Shown in pieces: positions 1 to 8,492 of a stretch of 39,165 bases of DNA. Within the stretch, counting starts at the first letter, position 1; each line of letters starts with the position of its first letter. The notes beneath the pieces were generated by a model. It saw only the letters and a program-made list of their open reading frames with translations. It made no database searches and was not told where the DNA came from. A program made the translations under genes and the position numbers. The DNA is taken from sequence record SRR2962707_2562. One strand, written 5' to 3'.

Positions 1-1
1 A

Positions 2-211
2 ATGCCGCCGGCGCAGCTCAAGGAAACCACCATGGCGCCGCAGAACCGAACCCTGATCCGTGTCACCGTACCGGGACAGCATACCGATGATGAAAAGATC
101 GAAGCCAAGGCCACGGCGCGCCTTGTCGAGCAGTTGATGGGCAAGAAGCCGGAATTGCGCTTCAATTACATTCAGGAACACGCCCGCTTCGTCGAGGATA
201 TCGATATCTGA
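2..211 (+). CDS. parE: DNA topoisomerase IV subunit B, C-terminal fragment (5' truncated by window)
   Basis: M.P.QLKETTM.P..RTLIRV and LMGKKPELRF.YIQE.A...DI* match the C-terminus of alphaproteobacterial ParE/GyrB-type subunits. Confidence 0.85.
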   Translation: MPPAQLKETTMAPQNRTLIRVTVPGQHTDDEKIEAKATARLVEQLMGKKPELRFNYIQEHARFVEDIDI

Positions 212-220
212 CCGATCGCG

Positions 221-294
221 CCGACATTCCGGCGAAGGCCGAAATCCAGCTTGCACCTATCATCAATGGACCCCGGCCTGCGCCGGGGTGACGG
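221..294. repeat. Bipartite REP-like palindromic element
   Basis: Two GC hairpins, CATTCCGGCGAAGGCCGAAATCCA and TGGACCCCGGCCTGCGCCGGGGTGACGG, arranged as approximate inverted copies between convergent genes; resembles the dispersed GTCATTCCCGCGAAAGCGGGAATCCA-type proteobacterial repeats. Confidence 0.75.
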
Positions 295-323
295 TGTAGG
301 AAGTCTTTTGCCGGAAAGGGCAA

Positions 324-779
324 TCAGCCGCCGGTTCGCGACAAGTTCTCCGTCCAGACATGTTCCAGCTGCTTCAGTGCCTCGCAGACACCTTCCGTCT
401 GCAGACCTTCACCAAGGGCTTCGCGGTACTGCATAGCGTGCAGCTCTTCCCCGGCACGAACCGCTGATACAGCTTTTTTCGCCTTTTCCGTTGGGATGAC
501 AGTCACCGAGCGTCGATCATGCTTGGTCGGTTTCTGCTTGAGATAGCCCAGCTCCGTCAGCTTGCGCAGGTTATAGGAAACATTGGATCCTAGGTAATAT
601 CCGCGCTCAACCAGATCGCGCACCGCGATCTCGCCATCGCCGACATTGGCCAGCAACAGCGCCTGTACACCGTTGAGATCGTGGATATCGGCACGGGTCA
701 ATTCTGCGCGAACCACGTCCAGCAGACGTCGATGCAGACGTTCGACCAAATGGGTCAGTTCACGGTAGGCAATACTCAC
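324..779 (-). CDS. MarR-family transcriptional regulator, LdtR-like
   Basis: LVERLHRRLLDV and RGYYLGSNVSYNLRKL..LGY...DRRSV motifs; start revised to GTG at 779, which follows an AAGGAG ribosome-binding site. Confidence 0.85.
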   Translation of the reverse strand: MSIAYRELTHLVERLHRRLLDVVRAELTRADIHDLNGVQALLLANVGDGEIAVRDLVERGYYLGSNVSYNLRKLTELGYLKQKPTKHDRRSVTVIPTEKAKKAVSAVRAGEELHAMQYREALGEGLQTEGVCEALKQLEHVWTENLSRTGG

Positions 780-1005
780 GGCTGTGACTCCTTGTTTGTT
801 CCCGCGTGGATACGATGAAACCCAGTGATTGAATATGACTCTCATCACATCAGGATCAGAACTTTTGAAAACCTGAAATTCTTATCTTCGTACTTACAGA
901 TACCTGATCGCAGATCAGCTCAGCCCTGCTTTTCTGGATACTAGACATGGACGCACAGCGGCGGGCATCTTAAGCTGCAAAAAAATCCTCGGAGTGTGTC
1001 ACAAA

Positions 1006-1848
1006 ATGAAATTCGTAAGATTCGGCGAACCAGGTGCCGAAAAGCCCGGCATGATCGACAGTGACGGCCATATCCGCGATCTCAGCAATCAGGTGGACGA
1101 TCTGGCCGGGTCCTCGCTGGCCCCTGACAGACTGGCCCGTCTCGCCAGGATCGATCAGTCATCCCTCCCGCTGGTCAGCAATGACGTCCGCATCGGCGCA
1201 CCGGTCGGCGATATCCGCCAGGTCGTCTGTATCGGCCTCAACTATTCGGATCACGCCGCCGAACTGAACATGCCGCTCCCGTCTGAGCCCGTGATCTTTC
1301 TCAAATCACCTTATGCCATCACCGGCCCGTTCGATGACATCGCCATCCCCCAGGAGTCTGTCAAAACCGACTGGGAAATCGAACTGACCATCGTCATCGG
1401 CCGGAAAGCCGAAGAGGTCGACCGTGCCGATGCCATGAAGTACATCGCCGGCTTCACCATCATGAATGATATTTCCGAACGTGCCTGGCAGCTCGAAGGT
1501 ACCGATCAGTGGACCAAGGGGAAAAGCTACCGTGGATTTGCGCCGCTCGGGCCGTGGCTGGTCACGCCTGACGATATTCCGGACGTCCAGAACCTCAACA
1601 TGTGGCTCGATGTCGACAAGGAACGCATGCAGGAAGGCTCGACCAAAACCATGATCTTCGATGTTGGGCATGTGGTGGCATTCGTGTCCGAACGCCTGAC
1701 CCTGATGCCGGGCGATATCATTGCCACCGGCACGCCACCCGGTGTCGGCTCCGGCAGAAAACCACAGAAATTTCTGAAACCGGGTCAGGATTTGACATTC
1801 GGGATCGAAGGTCTGGGCGAACAGCGCCACAAAATGACCGGCGGCTGA
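1006..1848 (+). CDS. Fumarylacetoacetate hydrolase family protein
   Basis: CIGLNYSDH, DWEIEL, NDISER, KGKS, GDIIATGTPPGVG motifs; ATG at 1006 after GGAG. Confidence 0.9.
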   Translation: MKFVRFGEPGAEKPGMIDSDGHIRDLSNQVDDLAGSSLAPDRLARLARIDQSSLPLVSNDVRIGAPVGDIRQVVCIGLNYSDHAAELNMPLPSEPVIFLKSPYAITGPFDDIAIPQESVKTDWEIELTIVIGRKAEEVDRADAMKYIAGFTIMNDISERAWQLEGTDQWTKGKSYRGFAPLGPWLVTPDDIPDVQNLNMWLDVDKERMQEGSTKTMIFDVGHVVAFVSERLTLMPGDIIATGTPPGVGSGRKPQKFLKPGQDLTFGIEGLGEQRHKMTGG

Positions 1849-1852
1849 TGGC

Positions 1853-2638
1853 CTAGATACCGATGCCGTAGCGTGATGCCCAGCCTAACCCTGTTTCGGT
1901 CCCGGCTTTCGGTGTGTATTCACAGCCGATTGCGCCGGTATAGCCCAGCATATCCGTTAGCTCGATGAACGCGCCCATGTCGTAGCAGCCTTCGGCGATG
2001 GGTTCGCCCCGCCCCGGGAAGCCCGCGATCTGAATGTGCGCGATCACGTCCATATTCGCGCGCAGCCCCTCCAGCGGATCTTCGTCGTTCATCAGGGCAT
2101 GGTAGGCGTCATACTGAAGCCCGATATTCCCATCACCGATCATCGCAATGATCGCCCGGGCCTGTGCCGTGCACTGCAAAAGATAGCCCGGCACGTCGAT
2201 GCCGTTGATCGGTTCGATAACGATCCCGACCCCCGCAACCGCCGCCGTTTGTGCGGCAACGCGAAGGTTCTCGGCATAGGCCGCTGTGGCAATGTCGCGT
2301 TCATTATCCCCGACGACACCCGCCATGACGTGAATGCGCGGGCACTGCAATTCGCGGGCATAGGCCAACGCCATCAGGAAACTGTCGCGGAATGCCTCTT
2401 CACGGCCGGGCAACGCCGCAAGTCCCCGCTCACCTGCTTCCCAGTCACCGCAGGGCGTATTGATCAGCGCCATCCTGAGCCCGCAATCATCAAGCTTTCG
2501 TTTCAGTTCTGAAGCGTCCTCGTCATAGGGAAACTGGTACTCGACAAGCTCGAAACCAGCCTGTCTGGCTGCGGCAAAACGATCAAACAGTGCTAATTCG
2601 GTAAACAGATACTTCAGATTGGCGCACAGTTGCGGCAT
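1853..2638 (-). CDS. hyi: Hydroxypyruvate isomerase / 2-oxo-tetronate isomerase family (Hyi/OtnI)
   Basis: ANL..LFTE...DRF.AA..AGF..VE..FPY, EPIN, D.YH, HIQIA..PGRGEP, GCEY.P. Confidence 0.85.
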   Translation of the reverse strand: MPQLCANLKYLFTELALFDRFAAARQAGFELVEYQFPYDEDASELKRKLDDCGLRMALINTPCGDWEAGERGLAALPGREEAFRDSFLMALAYARELQCPRIHVMAGVVGDNERDIATAAYAENLRVAAQTAAVAGVGIVIEPINGIDVPGYLLQCTAQARAIIAMIGDGNIGLQYDAYHALMNDEDPLEGLRANMDVIAHIQIAGFPGRGEPIAEGCYDMGAFIELTDMLGYTGAIGCEYTPKAGTETGLGWASRYGIGI

Positions 2639-3615
2639 CAGTCCGGCCCCAGCAAGCCGCGTTTCATCACCGCATCGGCGATATCCGCAGCGCTGTCGAG
2701 CGGTACCGGCGTCCAGTCCAGCGAAATCCGGCCGTCAAACATCCGCGCATGCCCGCCACGGCAAAGATTTTCATGAAGCCGGGCATGCTTGTCCGTGATC
2801 AGCCCCGGGGGGGCATGAATATACACCGGTTTACCGCAGGCGACGGCTTCGGAACACATCGACACCGATTCACCGGTCACGATCACCGCATCGGCAAGGG
2901 CCAGATATCCCGGATACGGATTTTCTCCTCCCTGATCCCAGTGGTAAAGCCGGTGCGGGCCCTTCAACGTCTGCTGCACTGCCGTGACGGCATCGCCTGT
3001 GCGGCGGCTGGTCGTGACCATCAGACTCCCCCCCAGTGCAGCCGCAGCTTCACTGGCGGCTCGGCTCAGGGTATGTGCCATGGCGGTTGTAAATTCCCGG
3101 CGCCGCGTGGCCCCTCCGATCAGCAGCGCTATGCGCGGAGCCGGCAGATCATCTATCTGCGGATGCCAGAGTTCACGGGCATTCTGCAGGGTCTCTGCCG
3201 TCATCCGGTGCGGTGCCGCGGTGATGGTCAGGATATTTTCCCCTGCATTTCCGCCCCTGTCGTGGGCCGGGCGGCAGATCAGGTCAAATTCCCGATCTCC
3301 GCTGCCGGGATCCATGATCTGCAGCAGCTTAGCGCTACCTGCGCTCTGATTCTTAATCCAACGTGCCACCGGCGCTGTTCGGCGCCCGGCAGCGATCACC
3401 AGTTTCGGCCATGGCGCATGCAATGCTGCTTTTGAATCTGCATCCAGACCGGATATCGATGCACCAAGCACGATGTTCGGTAACCGCACCATCATGGAAT
3501 AGCGAACCTCAATGCACCGGAACGGTCTGTTCAGCCGTTCCGCCACACCCAACGCCTGCGACCGGTTTCCGGCGCGGTCATCAAGTAGCACCCAGATATC
3601 GTTCTCAGCCGCCAC
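2638..3615 (-). CDS. ELM1/GtrOC1-family protein (glycosyltransferase-like fold)
   Basis: W.L.D.RAGN.SQALG.A, PWP.LVIAAGRR, P.HD, LLIGG, TTSRRT, NPY.G.LA.AD.VIVTGESVSM.SEA...GKPV. Confidence 0.85.
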   Translation of the reverse strand: MAAENDIWVLLDDRAGNRSQALGVAERLNRPFRCIEVRYSMMVRLPNIVLGASISGLDADSKAALHAPWPKLVIAAGRRTAPVARWIKNQSAGSAKLLQIMDPGSGDREFDLICRPAHDRGGNAGENILTITAAPHRMTAETLQNARELWHPQIDDLPAPRIALLIGGATRRREFTTAMAHTLSRAASEAAAALGGSLMVTTSRRTGDAVTAVQQTLKGPHRLYHWDQGGENPYPGYLALADAVIVTGESVSMCSEAVACGKPVYIHAPPGLITDKHARLHENLCRGGHARMFDGRISLDWTPVPLDSAADIADAVMKRGLLGPD

Positions 3616-5611
3616 CCAGCAATCCTTCGTAATTCCGCCAACGACCGACTGCGGTCTTGTAAATCGGTTTGCGGACCTGCCAATTCGACGCCGTCAGCAC
3701 GGTGCCCATGGCCTCATGAGAGCGAAGCACCGCATCATCCCACTCTAGACCGCAGAAATCCAAGAGCTTACGGGCCTCGGTTTCAGGATTTTCGACCAGA
3801 TCCTCGTAGCGTACTTCATGGATGCCGATATCCAGAGTTTCATGCCAATGCGCCATGATACGGGCTTCTCCGGCGGCATACCTGCGAATATCTTCAAGAC
3901 GGGATGCCCAATCCAGCCCGCCACTATGGAAATTCTGAAAATAGCACGACAGTTCCACGTCACGGGCATCGCGCCCGCAGTGAATAACCTTCGCTTTCGG
4001 AAACAAAACCTGGATCAATCCCAGAAAGAAGACGTTCTGCGGAGTCTTGTCGGTAACGCGCAACCCGTCACGGGGTCTGATCGGCAGACGTGCCAGATAG
4101 GTATCCGCATACGTCCGGATTTGCTCCGGCATGATGTCCGGGAATTCAGCCGGGTATTCATCCGGCAAGCCGGTGAGAATGTCGACTTCACCGACGCCGT
4201 TGACTATCGGATGAGCCGCCAGGATCTGCTCGACCAGCGTGGTTCCGGAACGCGGCATACCGCAGATGAAGATCATCTCGGCCTCTGCATCACCCATACC
4301 TTCATGCGATGCTATAGTTTTCCTATTTACCAGATTGATAACATTGCTAATTTCTTCATCATATAAATCTGGATCAAAGGTTGTTTCCAACTTCTCAGCC
4401 AACCGTCGGCGACGTGTGTTTGCCTGATCATACGCCTTTATTGCCTCGGCAAAATTCCCTTTCGAGTCCTCAGCACTGCCAAGAGCAAATAGAAAAGAGA
4501 TACGATCTTCTTCGGGCAGACGTGAATCAGCGGCGCGTTCACGTAATATCTTGAGATCGTCATCACTGAGGTCACTGCCCTTTGCTTCGGCAATATTCAT
4601 CCATGCCTCACCCAGCGACGGACGGATTTCAACAGCGCGTCTAAAGCGACGTTCGGCGTCCGCCACACGGCCCTGTGCCAGTTGAACGATCCCCAGTCCG
4701 AGAGCGGCTTCAGCGAACTCCGGATGACGTTCCAGGACACCTTGGTAATCCGCTTCCGCCCCCTTCATGTCGCCCGCTTTGTACCGGGCGCCAGCAAGGT
4801 TGGCGCGCGCTTCTGGATAGACCTCGCGACGCTGCACCGCATCTTCAAAGGCCTTGATAGCCCCGGGCACATCGCCAAGCTGCAAACGCACGTTTCCAAG
4901 CGCATTATGGGCTTCAGCATAAGCCTGATCGATGCTGATGGCTTCCAGGCACTGCTGCTCGGCAGCCGCCAGTTCACCTATATGACGCAATGCAATGGCA
5001 AGGTTGGTCTTGGCCATGACATTGTTGGGGCCGGATTTGACGGCTTCGGCAAAGCTCTCTGCAGCAGAAATGTAATCTCCGGCACGGAACCACATGTTGC
5101 CGAGGGACAGCAACGCATCCGCATATCCCGGTTTAAGGTCAATTGCCTTGCTCAATGCTTCACGGGCATCGGCAATCTTGCCCTGTGCTTCCAGTGCGAC
5201 GCCGAGGTTGCAATAGGCTTCCGGCATATCAGGCTCGATTTCCAGAACATATCGGGCAGAGGCCTCGGCTTCCATCGGCCGGCCACAAAGGTTCATGATC
5301 GCTGCACAATTGGCGTGTATGGACGGGTCCTTATCGTCAATCAGGGACGCCTTGAGGATCGAATCTCCGGCTTCGGTGATTCGCCCCGTATTCAGATCAA
5401 TCATCGCCATCAGATACCAGGCCCGGGCATTTTGCGGGTCCAGCGACTGGGCTTCCTTCAATGCTGCGACAGCCGCAGCGGTATTCCCTTCGTCCAGTCG
5501 CGTTTCAGCCGCGCGCACCCGGGCCTTGGCCATATTCACCGCTTTGGCGGTACTTGGCCCGGCGCCGGCCTCTCCAAGGCTTTCCAGTCGGCGGCGTTCG
5601 CGGCGGTTCAT
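3605..5611 (-). CDS. TPR-repeat protein with C-terminal sulfotransferase domain
   Basis: Multiple TPR helices (AYCNLGVAL, AHNALGNV) followed by the PAPS-binding loop GMPRSGTTLVEQIL, DKTPQN, RYEDLV and TAS..QVRKPIY. Confidence 0.9.
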   Translation of the reverse strand: MNRRERRRLESLGEAGAGPSTAKAVNMAKARVRAAETRLDEGNTAAAVAALKEAQSLDPQNARAWYLMAMIDLNTGRITEAGDSILKASLIDDKDPSIHANCAAIMNLCGRPMEAEASARYVLEIEPDMPEAYCNLGVALEAQGKIADAREALSKAIDLKPGYADALLSLGNMWFRAGDYISAAESFAEAVKSGPNNVMAKTNLAIALRHIGELAAAEQQCLEAISIDQAYAEAHNALGNVRLQLGDVPGAIKAFEDAVQRREVYPEARANLAGARYKAGDMKGAEADYQGVLERHPEFAEAALGLGIVQLAQGRVADAERRFRRAVEIRPSLGEAWMNIAEAKGSDLSDDDLKILRERAADSRLPEEDRISFLFALGSAEDSKGNFAEAIKAYDQANTRRRRLAEKLETTFDPDLYDEEISNVINLVNRKTIASHEGMGDAEAEMIFICGMPRSGTTLVEQILAAHPIVNGVGEVDILTGLPDEYPAEFPDIMPEQIRTYADTYLARLPIRPRDGLRVTDKTPQNVFFLGLIQVLFPKAKVIHCGRDARDVELSCYFQNFHSGGLDWASRLEDIRRYAAGEARIMAHWHETLDIGIHEVRYEDLVENPETEARKLLDFCGLEWDDAVLRSHEAMGTVLTASNWQVRKPIYKTAVGRWRNYEGLLGGG

Positions 5612-5737
5612 ATATTGCTCCCTTTCAGGAATATGGCGGCGTAATGGCTCGAATACGTCAACGCCAGATTGTCTTTAGTCCACGAAATGCTTAAAACCAA
5701 CGTCAACACATCCTCTGCTGCATAGAACGGGAAAAGC

Positions 5738-6424
5738 ATGCCAGACACAACAACACAAACCACTGTACGCGGCATGGAAACGGCGCGTCTTCTGCTTGAT
5801 ATCAAAGCCGTCAATTTCCGCCCGCAGGAACCCTACATGCTGACTGCAGGCTGGGCGAGCCCTGTCTATATCGATTGCCGCTGGGTGATTTCATTCCTCG
5901 ATGCACGGCGCCGTATTATCGATATGGGTGCGGAAATGCTGTCCGAAAACACCGACATGACCAGCGTCGATATGCTCGCCGGTGGTGAAACGGCCGGTAT
6001 TCCCTACTCATCATGGCTTTCCGAAAAACTGTCAAAGCCGATGCTGTATGTCCGCAAGAAACCCAAGGGGTTCGGCCGAAATGCACAGATCGAAGGCTCA
6101 ATGGCCGAAGGCGCCAAAGTGATTCTGGTCGAAGACCTTGCCACCGATGGCGGTTCGAAAATCAACTTCGTCGAGGCACTTCGCGGTGCCGGCGCGGTGG
6201 TTGAGGATATATTCGTTGTGTTTTTCTACGGCGCATTCCCGGGAGCCGATGAGACTTTCGAGAATATGGGCGTGAAACTGCACTATCTGGCGACGTGGCA
6301 GGATGTCCTTGAAGAAGCGACGCGGGGTGGTGATTTCCCTCAGGAAACACTCGACGGTGTGAGAGCTTTTCTGGATGATCCGATCGGATGGTCGGCGGCA
6401 CATGGCGGCCGCGACGCAGTATAA
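5738..6424 (+). CDS. pyrE: Orotate phosphoribosyltransferase
   Basis: SPVYIDCR, GGETAGIP, YVRKKPKGFGR and PRPP-binding LVEDLATDGGS. Confidence 0.9.
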   Translation: MPDTTTQTTVRGMETARLLLDIKAVNFRPQEPYMLTAGWASPVYIDCRWVISFLDARRRIIDMGAEMLSENTDMTSVDMLAGGETAGIPYSSWLSEKLSKPMLYVRKKPKGFGRNAQIEGSMAEGAKVILVEDLATDGGSKINFVEALRGAGAVVEDIFVVFFYGAFPGADETFENMGVKLHYLATWQDVLEEATRGGDFPQETLDGVRAFLDDPIGWSAAHGGRDAV

Positions 6425-6433
6425 CCGCCAGCC

Positions 6434-7243
6434 TCAGCCCAGTTCGTCGAGATAATCCCGTACAGCCTGACCGACACCGTGATCGAACAGGTCGGTATGA
6501 CCGCCCCCATCGATCCACATCGCTTTCTTGGGCTCTTTTGCGGCGGCATAAAGCTCGCGGCCAAATTGTTGCGGCAAGACCTTGTCATTATCCCCGTGTA
6601 TGACGAATAGAGGCGCAGAAATCTGCGAGATTTTCGACAGGTTGTCGTATCGGTCCCGGACGAGCCAGCGGGCCGGCACATATGGGTGGCGGAACTGGGC
6701 TGCAGCCCCCATTGAGGTGAATGGCGCTTCCAGGATCAGGGCCCGAACGGGCGTTCCTGAATGGGCCAGCTCGAAAGCCATATTCGTAGCAATGCCGGAA
6801 CCGAGGGATTCCCCGTAAAACACCATGTTGGCCGGGTTTACACCTTCACGTTTCAAGTGTTCGATTGCTACACGTGCATCGGCGTAAAGCCCGTGCTCAG
6901 TGGGGCTGCCAGCGTTGCTGCCAAAGCCCCTGTATCCTGTCAGCCAGACCCCATAACCGGCTGCATGCCAGGGTGCCACCTTGAAATCCCTGTCTGCGAT
7001 AGTGCCGGCATTGCCATGGAAGAAAACAATCACCGGCTTGCCGTCTTTCCCGGGTAAATACCAGGATTGTACGTCGATACCGGGCTCACTCTGAAGATGG
7101 TGCACCTGCGCATGCGCCACCTGTGTATCAGTCAGCGGCACAAGGTCGGCATCCGTGTGGTACATCAGATTTCGCTGAAAAACATATAACGAAACAATCA
7201 CAAGCGCATACGCACCGACAGCCATTAGCAGGACCTGCTGCAT
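6434..7243 (-). CDS. Membrane-anchored alpha/beta hydrolase
   Basis: N-terminal hydrophobic helix, FHGNAG, YRGFG, nucleophile GESLG, HGDND and GH.D. Confidence 0.9.
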   Translation of the reverse strand: MQQVLLMAVGAYALVIVSLYVFQRNLMYHTDADLVPLTDTQVAHAQVHHLQSEPGIDVQSWYLPGKDGKPVIVFFHGNAGTIADRDFKVAPWHAAGYGVWLTGYRGFGSNAGSPTEHGLYADARVAIEHLKREGVNPANMVFYGESLGSGIATNMAFELAHSGTPVRALILEAPFTSMGAAAQFRHPYVPARWLVRDRYDNLSKISQISAPLFVIHGDNDKVLPQQFGRELYAAAKEPKKAMWIDGGGHTDLFDHGVGQAVRDYLDELG

Positions 7244-7278
7244 CTTACGACAGATCCTTATAAGTGGTTGGAAAACAG

Positions 7279-7791
7279 TTAATTACCGGATTGGCCATTG
7301 TTGAATAGATATGTCGGAAAGGGCTGACTTTTTGCAGTTGTCGAAACATCGGCCGCGCCGATGTTGCCGAAAGTACGACCTGCTCCGGCCGGTTTCGGTG
7401 CCTCAAAGGCCGGTTGGGGTAAAATAGATTTAACGGCTGAAGTTGACCCGGGTTGCACGGACCGCCCGGCAACGACGTTTTCACATCTGAAAACAGCCGC
7501 ATTTGGCGTCATCATGGGACAGATATTGTAAGTCTGTTCGACAAACACGATCCCCAGGTTGCCCTTTGAACATTCAGCTGCGGCCAATTGTCTGATTGTC
7601 TCTGGCGTTGTCTTCGACTTCGCATAACAGACCGTCACATTTGAGCCTTCGGTTATTTTCGGACCATCCGGATAGGTTTCAAGCTCCCGGTTAATGGTAT
7701 ACGGGCTGTGAATATAGGCTTCCCCGCCTGAACAGGCGGCGAGTCCGGACAGCATCAGAACCAGAAGTGACAGGCGCGCGAAGATATTCAT
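7279..7791 (-). CDS. Putative lipoprotein of unknown function
   Basis: Signal peptide ending in lipobox LAAC; four further Cys in a small domain; Pro-rich tail. Confidence 0.7.
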   Translation of the reverse strand: MNIFARLSLLVLMLSGLAACSGGEAYIHSPYTINRELETYPDGPKITEGSNVTVCYAKSKTTPETIRQLAAAECSKGNLGIVFVEQTYNICPMMTPNAAVFRCENVVAGRSVQPGSTSAVKSILPQPAFEAPKPAGAGRTFGNIGAADVSTTAKSQPFPTYLFNNGQSGN

Positions 7792-7907
7792 AACCTTCTA
7801 TACCCCGGCGGCATTCCGGAAACAATAAAAGCACGTGCGAGGTGCTCCAAAACCGTGCGTTTTCCGTATCTTATGATTAAAGTTCGGCAGTTTCCGAGGA
7901 GATTTCG

Positions 7908-8480
7908 ATGTCTGATCCAATCCTGATAGCCATGACCGGTGCATCCGGTGCCATTTACGGCATCGAAACACTGCGTCTTCTGCGCGAGATCGGCCATCCG
8001 GCGCATCTGATTTTGTCGGAAGTCGCACGGCGAACCATCGAGATTGAAACCGATTACAGCATCGACGAGGTCAAGGCGATGGCTGAAATCGTTCATTCCA
8101 ACAAGGATCAGGCCGCCTGTGTTTCCAGCGGCTCCTACAGGACATGCGGCATGTTGATTGCGCCGTGTTCCATCAAGACGCTCTCAGGCATAGCCAACAG
8201 TTATGCCGACAACCTGATCATCCGGGCTGCGGATGTCTGCCTGAAAGAACGCCGAAAACTTGTACTGATGGTCCGTGAAACCCCCTTCCATGCCGGTCAT
8301 ATCGACCTCATGCGGCGGGCAACCGAAGCCGGTGCCATTATATTTCCGCCGATGCCGGCATTCTATGCCCGGCCTAAAAACATAGAAGAACTTGTCCGAC
8401 AGAGTGTCGGTCGTGCGCTTGATCTGTTTGATATCGAACACGACGCGATTCAACGCTGGATGGGGCCGAACGGCACGTAA
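7908..8480 (+). CDS. ubiX: Flavin prenyltransferase UbiX
   Basis: TGASGAIYG, SSGS, APCSIKTL, RAADV.LKERR.LVL.VRETP, FY..P. Confidence 0.93.
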   Translation: MSDPILIAMTGASGAIYGIETLRLLREIGHPAHLILSEVARRTIEIETDYSIDEVKAMAEIVHSNKDQAACVSSGSYRTCGMLIAPCSIKTLSGIANSYADNLIIRAADVCLKERRKLVLMVRETPFHAGHIDLMRRATEAGAIIFPPMPAFYARPKNIEELVRQSVGRALDLFDIEHDAIQRWMGPNGT

Positions 8481-8492
8481 GATAGTGGTGCC

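Noticed and set aside
251-436. 61-aa ORF containing MDPGLRRGDG
   Set aside because: It is the translation of the palindromic repeat and overlaps the MarR gene antisense.
4682-5644. 320-aa plus-strand ORF, and similar long ORFs at 9021-9794, 25536-26321 and 31302-32120
   Set aside because: Antisense shadows of well-supported genes in GC-rich DNA, with no motifs.
7908-8480. ubiX without ubiD
   Set aside because: The two genes are often unlinked; nothing can be concluded from one window.
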